DNA of 64,000 nucleotides from the NCBI GenBank assembly GCA_963693365.1, contig CAVNZM010000015.1, positions 1,612,001 to 1,676,000 of the forward strand, given 5' to 3'. The translations under genes were made by a program, and so were the position numbers. Below the pieces are notes generated by a model. The model ran no database searches. It was not told the origin of the DNA and was given only the letters and a program-made list of their open reading frames with translations. Shown here one piece after another: positions 53,299 through 64,000 of this stretch. The stretch's first letter is position 1. The number at the start of each line of letters is the position of its first letter. This DNA is from Amoebidium appalachense. Its lineage: Eukaryota > Protista > Ichthyosporea.

Positions 53299-54233
53299 GG
53301 GCACCTTCAAATATTACCTCCCCCCTCCCCCCCCCTCCTCCCCCCCGCCCCCCGTCTCTCCCTGAATGATACATGACACCCAACACCCCCCTCCCCCCCC
53401 CATCCCCCCCCCCCCCCCCCCCCCCTCCCCCTTTCCCCCCCATTTACAGAGAATCCCCCATGTACGTGTATTCTGTAGGGTCTTATTCGTTTCACCCATC
53501 ATGGCTCTGTGATCGGATGTGAAACTTTAGGCTTGCATACTGATTGCCAAACGGAATTACATTCATCAGCCAAGTGTCCATCATGTTATATCAGGCGAGA
53601 GGAACAAAGATTTATTTGGCGCCTGGGGGCGCGGCGCGGGGGGGGGGGGGGGGGAGGGGGGGGGGAGGGGGGGAGGAGAAGAGTGAAGTGGGGGGAAAGG
53701 GTGGGGGAAGGGTGGGCGGTGGGGGGGGGGGGGGGGGGGGGGAGGGGGGGGGAGAGGGGGGGGGGGGGGGGGGGAGGGAAGTTCAGAGTCATTTGTTTTG
53801 CTCCGGATATCATACTATGTACTATTAATGTCTAAGAGCAAAACGGTCTAAGGCACATGAAGAGCACGGTGGTGGGTGGCGTCTCATGGAAAAGGCCGGT
53901 GTGCCGGGGTGTGCGCGTGTGTTTGGACCCTGAGGCTCCCCCCCGGGGGGGGGGGGAGGGGGGGGGGGGGGGGAAGAGGGAGGGAGGGGGTGGGGGGGGG
54001 TGGGGGGGGGGGGGGGGGAGGGGGGAGGGGGGGGGGGGGGGGGGGGGGGGGAGGGGGTGGAGAGGGGAGGGGGGAGGGGGAGGGGGGTGCATACCTGCCA
54101 TGTGGCGAAAATCTTGTCGATAAATGCCTGGTGAAGGTAGAAGAGAGGGTCGGCAGAGCAAATTTCGGGTCAGCCATGGTCCCCCCCAGCGAGTTCAGTA
54201 CTGTTGCACTTGCCGCCACTTGAGCTTGTTCGA
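50802..54233 (-). pseudogene. Tyrosinase paralog: 5'-truncated, frameshifted, CuB ligands lost; long Pro-rich linker
   Basis: Exon remnant 54095-54233 (SNKLKW / ASATVLNSLGGTMADPKFA / ADPLFYLHQAFIDKIFATWQ, two frameshifts). The intron sits at the same WQ|ACN position as in the neighbour. The last exon 50802-53209 has one frameshift at about 51620-51750. The C-terminus DCVALGPPAEI...YFAL...KKRCR matches the neighbour's ECKALGPPPEV...HFGL...KFKCK. Confidence 0.8.
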
Positions 54234-55164
54234 ATTTTTTTTTTCTTTTGACTGGATTTATTCGACGGAAAGATATGCAAGTATGCACAGCATACTGAGA
54301 AGACAATAAAAACTTCACGAGTTATCCAGTAACAAGTGCATACTGAGATACCTGAACACTGTGTGAAAATCATATAAATACTCAATGTGACGACCAACAG
54401 AATTCAACAAAAAGTCTAAAGTGGTCACATTGCTTTGAAATCTCGGAGATCTCACGCCCCGAATTTACGATCACACGCAAAGAGGACCTCAGTCAGGCCG
54501 AGTGCGCGCGCTTTTTATAGCCTTGCTTTGCTATTGAATAAAGTTATCACCTTGTTTGCATCATGCAGATCTGCTACTAAATACCTGCTAATACACACAG
54601 CGAGCCTTGCAACATGTCTCAGCCCAAACCTAGCTATAAGTACTGCTAATAAGGGAAAAAGAGGGGGTATCACGTGTGGCGTGCTAGGCGATACCTAGAG
54701 CATGCAAAGTTGCGGGCATATGATAAGGTGTTAAAATGAACCAATCGGAGCGGATCTAGTGGTTCTCCTACCCAGCACAAATTCCAGAGAGTGGCACTGT
54801 CACAGACGGTAACCTCGAAGGTGCATAGAGTGCTCTGATATTTCAAATGAAATACTCGAATGTATACATATATGTTCAACAACAGCCATAAGTAAAAGTA
54901 AACACGTTAATACGTACATTTATAATCAGCAGTTCGTGGGGTAGGTAATTTACAGTTCCTGTATGCAGTTTAAATTTTTAGAATTGTGCTTTCCTATTGG
55001 TTGTTTTTATCCACGATTAGATGCGCGTGCGTACAAGCTGCACGAGTCTGTGAGAAGGCAAAAAAAACATAGGCTACGGTGGTAGTGTGTAGGGCCGTAG
55101 CGCATGTATATGCGGAATTTATAACCATCAAACATCATCTTGTCGTCATATATGCACCGGCAAA

Positions 55165-57071
55165 ATGGCTCCGCGTTTATTTACCCTTATTGTTTCTGTG
55201 TTTGTTGCAGCCACGGGATGCATGGCTGCCAGCGTACCCTCCGTGTGTGATGGGTTAACTGACAGCGAAGGGAGGAGGGTAAGAAAGGAGTGGAGAGAGT
55301 TAACGGCAGACCAGCAAGCAAACTACCTGAATGCGTTGAAAGAACTATACAAGAACGGGAATTGGGATGTGGTCAAGAGGGCCCACTGGGATGAAGCGGT
55401 TGTGGATTTTGCCCACGAGGATTATTTCCTGGCGTGGCACCGCAGTTTTGTGCTGAGGTAAGTAAATAAGCTCTGCCTGCATAATGTATTTGGTGGGGTT
55501 TTTTTTTTTTTTTTTGGGTGAAACGGTATCACTGGAACTATCCGCGGCTGAACTCATGGTCAGTACGATCGCGATATACTTAATCGATACATCTGCATGC
55601 TGTCCTTTTATGATACCCAAGGGAAAGGCGAGAAAAAGCGGTACTCCCAAGAAAGGTGCCCGTGCTCGATTCAAAGGAAAGGAAAGTGCCATTTAGGTGC
55701 TTAATAATAGTATTATGGCAGCATCCCCGTGCGTATGCACATGCTGAATGGTTAATTGCTGTAGTTGTTGCACTTCGTACACTGCTGCTGCACGTGTATG
55801 GTGTGTTCGTAACAGTACTCGCGAAGTTCGTACAAAGTGGTGTTTGGGACACACGCACACACACACACACAGTACACACACGTACACGCGTACACACACA
55901 CACACACACTATATGCAAAGAGTAGCCATCGCACGTACCCCATGCCAAACCAGCACAAAGTGATACCGCACAAACACAAAACACACGTGAAAACTCTAAC
56001 ACCGAGCCACATATATTGTTCAACATATCGGTGCCCGGATATGGCAATCACACCCACCATAAATCGAAGCCCGCTGCCAGGTCACAAACGACATCTGAGC
56101 TAGCAAGTTCATCAAAGGGCATAAATCCCACCACTGAAAACATTTCTTTAACCCTGTGTAATGTAATTTCAGTAGTAATGAAGTAGAAATTTAGTAAATA
56201 TTTCTTTGTCAATGACCGTTTTTCTAAGTAATGTTAGTAGTAATTAATTAGAATTGGTAGTAAACATTTCTTTGTCAATGACCCTAGTTTTTAGTAATTT
56301 TAGCAGTAATTAAGTAAAATTTAACTAAACATTTCTTCAACCCTCTCTAGGTATGAGAACCAGTTGCGCTCCCTCGGCCAGCAGTTTTCCTGCCTGACCA
56401 TCCCCTACTGGGACTGGACCATGGACATTGCCCCCCCTGGCAGCTCCGTTGCAGCATCAATCAACTTCATGCGTTCCCTGGAAGTCGTCATGGAAACTGG
56501 TGGAATAGGTGTGTGCCCGGCCTCAAGGATTACATGTTTTTTCTCCCTATCCCCCCCCCCCCCCCCCCCCCCCCCCAATACACATACATACACGACCCAC
56601 CCGCCCTGCCCCGCCCGCGACCCCCCCCCCCCCCCTCCCCCTCCCCCCCTCCTCCCTCTTCCCACCCAGCCCTCCCCGTCTAACCCCCTTCACATTCTCT
56701 TCCTCTCCATCCCCTTTCCCCCCTCCGCCCTTCCCCCCCCCCCCCCCCCTCCCCCCGCGCTGGGGGTGGGCTCACTTCCTCCTCCCCCTTTGTATTCTAC
56801 CTGAATTCTATGCAGAGCTCATAGGTCACTTGTTAACCAGGGTGAAAAACAGGCACACATGGCATGTGGTGAACTATTAAGTGGTGGCCATTCGAGTATG
56901 TAATCACGGGATGGCTTTTAGCCCCCCTTTCCCTCCCTCGTGTCTGCTTGCCCGCAGCCCGCACTCCCCCAGGCCCCCCTCCCCCCTTCCCCCCCCCCCC
57001 CCCAACCCCCTCTCCCAATAAAAAAATCACGAAGGCTGTGTGCCAGTTGGCATACATACTCTTCGTGCGAC

Positions 57072-57103
<32 letters not shown>

Positions 57104-57158
57104 TTGCATGAATCTACCCTTTCCTACATGACGGCGCGTGGGCACATACACACACACG

Positions 57159-57197
<39 letters not shown>

Positions 57198-57609
57198 TTA
57201 TCACCAACCGTGGCGTACCGTGACACACCTAGTTATTCACTCCAACCACTCACAGACCAATTGCTACACCACCAAAAAAAAAAAACAGGACGCGCCAAGG
57301 ACTGTGTTATCAGAACAATCGTAGGCGACGTTCAATACGGCGAGCAACCGATGTGCGTGACCCGAGTTCCTCACCGGGATGGTTGGCGACCATCCGGCCC
57401 TATTGAAATGGCCGACATCATAGGAAACGCTCCCGAATTTCCGGATTTTTCAAACCGACTCAAGTGGGCGCACTCGTTCGTACATGTAGCGATTGGGGGA
57501 ACTATGCAGGATTTCCGGTATTCTCCCAACGACCCTCTCTTCATGATGCACCATGCTTTTATCGACAAGATGTTTGCTGCATGGCAGGTGGGTTTGCATA
57601 TTTTTCGTC

Positions 57610-57653
<44 letters not shown>

Positions 57654-57791
57654 ACCCTTCCCTCAAGCCCCCACTCCTACTCCAAGCCCATCCACCTAGC
57701 TAAAACCTTACATACATATGCTCGCTCCCTCCCACCGCTTGCCCACCTGCACCCACCCACCCACATACACACACACACGACAGGCCCCCCC

Positions 57792-57829
<38 letters not shown>

Positions 57830-59680
57830 CCCCAACCCCCAACCCATCCACCTAGCCAACACCTTGCATACATTCACTTCCTCCCCGCCCTCCCCCCCCC
57901 CCCTCCCCCCCCCCCCCCCCCCCTCCCCCCCCCCCCCCCCCCCCCCCCCCTCCCCCCCCCCCCCCCCCCCTCCCCCCCCCCCCCCCCCCTTCTCCTCTTC
58001 CCCCCTCCTCCCCCACCCACCCACACCTCCACACACACATCCACATGCACACATACATACATTCATACGAGACAATCTCCTCCCCCCCCCCCCCCCCCTC
58101 CCTCCCTTTCCACACCCTACACCTCCTTATCGACTACCCTCCGCCTATAAATCTTTACAACCCTCCCTCCAATCCATACCGAAGTCCATAAAGTTCAAAA
58201 ATTTAACATTAGAATGCCCCAATATTCCGCTTATTACTTCACAAACATAACACACCATTTTCTTCCTCAGGCATGCAACCCGGGCAAAATCCCCGACACA
58301 GTCCCGCCCGCGCCCAATCACTACGACCGCCCAATGCCCGGATTTCGCGATGCGGTGACGCCGCGTCAGATGACCGATTGGCTGTCTCTGGGCTACACAT
58401 ACGCAGCAGATGTACTCGACGAAACTACATACTCCACCCTTCTCGCAAGCTGCAAGGGGCAGATTCCTTGGCTTAAAAAGGCAACCGTGCCGCAGCAAAT
58501 AAGAATCGAGGAACCGAAAACCACCACGACAACCACCACCACCACCACCACTGCAAACATTATCGCGACCACGCTGACGAACACGGTGGCGGCACCTGCT
58601 ACATTAACCCCAACCACAACAACAACAACTGTCGCAACAGGGACAGCGGCGACCATTCCTCCCCTCGATCCCAGGAACATTAAGGAGAGCTTGGAGGAAA
58701 GAGTCAATGCGATTAATGAGAAATTGAAGTTGATCAGGGAACGCAAGCGCCCCCCCCTACCCCTCCTACCCATTCTTCGCTGGAATAATCCCAGTTTCCC
58801 CGTTCCCCCCGTTTCTCCCGCGGCTGGTAGAAAACCATCCATTTTTGAAACCATGTTTGCGAATATGAGACAGGGTTTCGGTCTCCCTGGACCAGCCGCG
58901 CCGACCAATCCTCAACCCGTCGGTGGTCCCCCTGTACCTGCACAAAACCCCCCCAACGTACAACCCGGTTACCAAACCCCCCCAACGGCCCTCATCGCAG
59001 ATCAAAATCCCCCAGTACCCCTGCCAGCGAAAATAAACACCCAATCACAGCAACTCGGATACGCACCCCCACTGCCTATCTTACAGCAAAATGTCGGAGG
59101 ATATGTTCCCCCTCTACCTATGAAAATGTTGCCCAAAAATCAGCAACTCGGAGACAAAGTCCCCGAGGCTACCCCCCCCAACCTCCCGTCCGTTTCCTCT
59201 TACGCCGGCGCAAACAGCAAGCCCTCTCTTCCTGCTGCAAACCCCCCCGCCCAGCAACCTGGATACGATTCGACCCCCCCGACCACGAAAATTTCACCCC
59301 AAGCGCAACAACTCGGATACCTTGCCCCACTGCCCCCACCCTCCAGCCCGTCCGACGCAAATATTAAGCCCATCCTTCCGGCTATAAACCCCCCCGCCCA
59401 GCAAGTTGGAGCGAGCCCCGCAAATTCCGCGGCCGCAAACGCAAACGTTGATATCGTTGCAGAGAATGCGCTTGGAATGTTCGTGGACGGAGTCAATTCG
59501 GATATTGCAAATATACCGGCTTTCAAGAACCAAATTTTGAACGTGGGGCTTTCTGTGGCCAAGCAGGCAGAATGCAAAGCGCTTGGGCCCCCACCGGAGG
59601 TGCCTTTGAAAACACAGGAGCATTTCGGGTTAAAACCCCTGAAATTCAAGTGCAAAAGGCAGATACTGGGCTATAGCTGA
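55165..59680 (+). CDS. Secreted tyrosinase (type-3 copper protein) with Thr/Pro-rich stalk, about 719 aa, 4 exons
   Basis: Exons 55165-55457, 56351-56508, 57289-57587 and 58271-59680. Signal peptide, RVRKEWRELT, CuA H..H..FLAWHR, IPYWDW, CuB HSFVH...GGTM...SPNDPLFMMHHAFIDK. Confidence 0.95.
56138..56350. repeat. Degenerate AT-rich tandem repeat of about 60-65 bp, about 3.3 copies, ending at the tyrosinase intron 1 acceptor
   Basis: Recurring aaacatttcttt...agtaat...agtagtaat units. Confidence 0.7.
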
Positions 59681-60431
59681 GCTTTTCCCTGAAAATGGTG
59701 ACCCCTCGTGCCGCCCTTATTTGTATCTGAAATATAAAGCTGTAAATCGTGTTTTTTATGTCGTGTGTAGACTATATACACTAATATTATTGGTATTCAG
59801 ATTTCAACGAGTAGGAAAAAAATGATTTAAGATTAAGGTATATTTTATAAATTCAGTGTATAGCCGTTTGTCAAATTTAGTGTCGTGAGCTTCTATTCGG
59901 CATGACTCACCTACACTGTATCATTTACGTGGAAAGTGAGGGAGGGAGGGGGGGGGGGGGGGGGAGGTGGTGAGAGGAGAGGAGGGGTTATATGAAGCCG
60001 TATATGCATATGATTGTCCGTGTAGATTCGTATGTGCACACAGTCTCCATAAAGCAACTGTTACGGTAAAAGTATTCTAAATAATCGATGTAGCTAATTA
60101 AGTTAACATTAGCAATACATTGTGTAACGTTATAGTAGGTGCCACCGCATGTAGAGGCCGCTGTTAACTTTGATATGTACAAAGTATCACAACACTACAA
60201 GAAACTGTGATCCGTGATAGGTTAATAATATCTACACTGATATAAATATCCACTTGGCCACAGGCTATTCCCTGCTCGATCAGCGTCCCTAACACTTCCC
60301 TGGCTCCAGGCTTCTTTGAAGTTTGCCCCCTCCCCCCACTCCCTTCCCTCCCCCTCCCCCCCTCCCCCCTCCCCCCTCCCCTCCCTTATCCTTCCTCTCC
60401 TCCGTCACCCCTTCCCCCCCTCCCTCCCCTT

Positions 60432-60465
<34 letters not shown>

Positions 60466-60953
60466 ACAAAAAAAAAAAAAAAAAACCCTCTTCACCGGAC
60501 CCAACCACCACTGTTACATTGTAGTTGAGGTGGATAGTCTCAGGCTAACAGTCGTAGCTCAGTCCATATGCATATGCATCCTTTTCTTACTCCTATTAGC
60601 TCAGTCTTGTACGTGCGACACTGTGGATCTGTTAAGATTATCCGTCCCCCCCCCCCCCCCCCCCTCCCCTCCCTCCCTGCACCCCTCCCACCATTCCCCA
60701 ATCCCCCTCATCCCCCTCACCCACCCACCATCTGCTCCCACGGATCAAAGCCTCAGGGTTCAGAGGGATAGGTTTTCCGAATTCGTATGTGCTCGGAACG
60801 GGCTTGAGCTGCATCAAGGAAAGTACAGTAAGGAAATGGGGGATGTTGTGTTGGGGGGCAAAGACAGGTGAGAGTGGGGGAAGGGGGGGAGGGGAGGGGA
60901 AGGGGGAGGGGGGAAGGGGGAAGAGGAGGGGTGGGCAGGGAAGTGGGAAAGGA

Positions 60954-60996
<43 letters not shown>

Positions 60997-61145
60997 GGGG
61001 TTGCAGGGAGGGGGGGCGGAGGTGGGCAGAGGACTCCGAAAATGTCGATGGCGTTCACATGCACTGAGTCTATTAGTCAGGCCCGACACACTTGCTTTGG
61101 TGTTTCGACGATAGCACAGAACAAAGGTTTCACTCAACGGATCCA

Positions 61146-61240
<95 letters not shown>

Positions 61241-62377
61241 CGTCACTCTATGTGGGCCAGGCGTCCCAGTTCCCCCTCCCCCCCCCCCCCCCCCCCCCGC
61301 CTCCCCCCTTCCCCCTTTTCTCACTACTGATCCACGTGGGCAGAGCATTAGGAAACGAAAGGTTGTTCACACACTCGCGAGCGTAAAAAACAAAAACGAC
61401 ATAGGTGCGTGTAACTAGTTCAATTGACCAGAGGTGGCACCCAATATGTACATGATTACATTTAGTTTGCCAACTTGAAGGAGGTTTCGCGACATTCCCG
61501 TAGACCCCTGAAAACTACTCTGTGTAGCCGCAAAGAGAAAGTAGTTAACACAAACTCCGGTTGCCCAAATCAGAGGAGCTGATTTGGATCCTTTTAATCA
61601 AGCTGCAGCCCAGACTGCCGTCTAGCTTAAGTGCCAGTGGAAAGGCCTTGCAGGCCTTTTTATAGCAGCATAGACGCAGATTCACTGCAGCCGTAATGAC
61701 GGCAAACGGTTGATTGGCTTCGGGCCCAGCCCATGCCAATCCTCCTCTGCACCAGTGCAGGGGAGAACATATGCACATTCACAATGTACAAACGCCTCTC
61801 TACACACAACGGTACTCAATATATATTACTAATACTACTACAACCAGTAAGGTTTAGTCTTTGGACCATTGTGTTTCCGAGTACATGTGCTACCCACTCT
61901 CCACTTATGCACATTAATAAACACATCTGTCTGCCATCTTTTAACCCTCCGCTAGGCTCCCTATCCGTTGGTTAAGACTGGCCTCCAACTCACGTTTTTA
62001 CGGCCATGATTGGATAAGAACCTCGTGGAGATCTTTATTAGCAACCACTCGTGTTTATTCTCTGCATGGATTGGTGCACAAATAGTTAAACCGGAACTAA
62101 CCAGTACCTGGTTACGAGTTCTCGGTTGTGGCCCACCCTCACGGGGCCACTGTTAGGATTATGATATCAATATGCTGCCCACAGGCCCGTGTGCATATCT
62201 TCCGATCATCACTGATCACCAACGTAGACTGGTGTGCACAGCATTCCTTGCTAAGGGAGGGAGTGTACACGATTGTGCCATACACAACCATGTCTACACC
62301 CCCCCCCCCCCCCCCCCCCCCTCCTCCCCCCCCCCCCTCTCCCCGGGCCCTCCACACCCCTTCTCGACCCCCTCCCT

Positions 62378-62410
<33 letters not shown>

Positions 62411-62477
62411 CCCCCTCCCCCCTTCCCCCCCTCCCCCCCGGCAGCACACACTTGCGCCACGGTGACACTGTACATGT

Positions 62478-62547
62478 TTCGAGTGGTGGGATCTGTTTCT
62501 GTTGCATACCCTTTGCACATTTGTGTGGTGATCAGTGTGTGTGTGTG

Positions 62548-62579
<32 letters not shown>

Positions 62580-63243
62580 CGCGTGTGTGTGTGCGCGCGT
62601 GTGCGCGTGTGTAACAGGGCTTCTATGTGCTTATAGCAGTGCTCTGACGTCCGTGCGGCTGCGCGCGCGCGTGTGCGCGTGTGTAACATGGCTTCTATGT
62701 GCTTAGAAGCAGTGCTCTGACGTCCGTGCGGCTAAAGAGAGAAAGATAAATGATGATGCACGGAACGCACACGGCAGCGCCATGTGAAAGAGGGACAGGT
62801 GGCCGGGTGTGAGCAAGAAAAACTTTGACAAGGACATTTTCATTTAGGCGAAATGATCGGACCATTTGAAGTCAACCAGGTGTGAATCACGCCAATCACA
62901 TGACGAGGATAGCGTGGAGAGGAAGGGGCTGGTGTGGTGGGTTTTATTTATTTATTGAGTGGTACGAGGTAGAACTTTCCATACACAACGAAAACGGTTT
63001 TGGGACGTCCATAGCTCAGGATACATTATGTGTGCAGTATGAAAGGACACTGATCACCACACAAATGTGCAAAGGGTATGCAACAGAAACAGATCCCACC
63101 ACTCGAATGAACCTGTTATGATTGAAGGTGCAGTAGCACGTAAATAAAGTGTGATATCACGTGTATTCAAAAATCACAGGTGCCTGCTTGCTGGGAAAGG
63201 AGGCGGGGTGGGTGGGAAGGTGGTTTTGGGGGGGGGAGGGGGG

Positions 63244-63282
<39 letters not shown>

Positions 63283-63672
63283 GCACAGCTATCGTCGGAG
63301 CCGATAGCACAACCAGTTTCACAGTGTGTGTAGTTGTCACCGTCGGGATCAACGTCTAGGCTCCAAAAGTAATAGGTGCAACAATTGCACCCGTCAATAC
63401 TACGGTTAGCCCTCGGCGTTGCTACAGACGCAACAATATCAATATGCCCTGCACATGTGTTATAGGCGTTGATATCGGCGCAGCAAATATCACGGTATTG
63501 TTTACCTGTGACGCGCGCGCGCTGCCGCACGGACGTCAGAGCACTGCTTCTAAGCACATAGAAGCCCTGTTACACACGCGCACACGCGCGCGCGCAGCCG
63601 CACGGACGTCAGAGCACTGCTTCTAAGCACATAGAAGCCCTGTTACACACGCGCACACGCGCGCACACACAC

Positions 63673-63674
<2 letters not shown>
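62478..63674. repeat. Two crossed inverted repeats, A-B...A'-B'; B is a tandem dimer of a 73-bp unit
   Basis: A 62478-62538 is the exact reverse complement of 63047-63107. B at about 62583-62732 is the near-exact reverse complement of 63524-63674. Confidence 0.9.
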
Positions 63675-63750
<76 letters not shown>

Positions 63751-63795
63751 GCACGCACGCACACGCACAGTATAGTCATACCGTACACACACGCG

Positions 63796-63833
<38 letters not shown>

Positions 63834-63835
63834 GA

Positions 63836-63872
<37 letters not shown>

Positions 63873-63930
63873 AGTCACACACCGTGCCAAAATCATGCTC
63901 GAGCGTGCTCTAGCCCGCGTATGCGCGCAC

Positions 63931-63989
<59 letters not shown>

Positions 63990-64000
63990 ACCTTCTTCCC

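Noticed and set aside
63288-63308. Small hairpin gctatcg-N7-cgatagc as a Helitron end or terminator
   Set aside because: A 7-bp stem is expected by chance, and there is no CTRR terminus at the expected spacing.

Overview
Eukaryotic nuclear DNA with very intron-rich genes. The introns are packed with (CA)n/(GT)n microsatellites and poly-G/poly-C tracts, which produce most of the spurious ORFs in the track. The gene mix (metazoan-like PIF1 N-terminus, fungal-type PCL cyclin, secreted tyrosinase) suggests a unicellular opisthokont such as an ichthyosporean; this is inference only. By splicing by hand I reconstructed a partial membrane-protein gene (-), PIF1 (10 exons, -), an intronless PHO80/PCL-type cyclin (+), a 13-exon membrane-anchored nucleotide pyrophosphatase/phosphodiesterase (+), NTAQ1/WDYHV1 (+), BCD1/ZNHIT6 (-, with a GC-AG intron), and a divergent tyrosinase pair. 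One tyrosinase is intact; the other is 5'-truncated, frameshifted and lacks all three CuB histidines. The strongest unexplained signal is the splicing architecture. About a third of the 39 complete introns have a sense-strand (CA)n tract, and two have poly-C, where the U-rich polypyrimidine tract should be, often fused to the AG. Several also carry a complementary (GT)n tract at the 5' end. Other signals are two long hairpins, a dispersed short repeat that usually runs into poly-C, crossed inverted repeats near the right end, and compact ORF relics around 15-17.7 kb.
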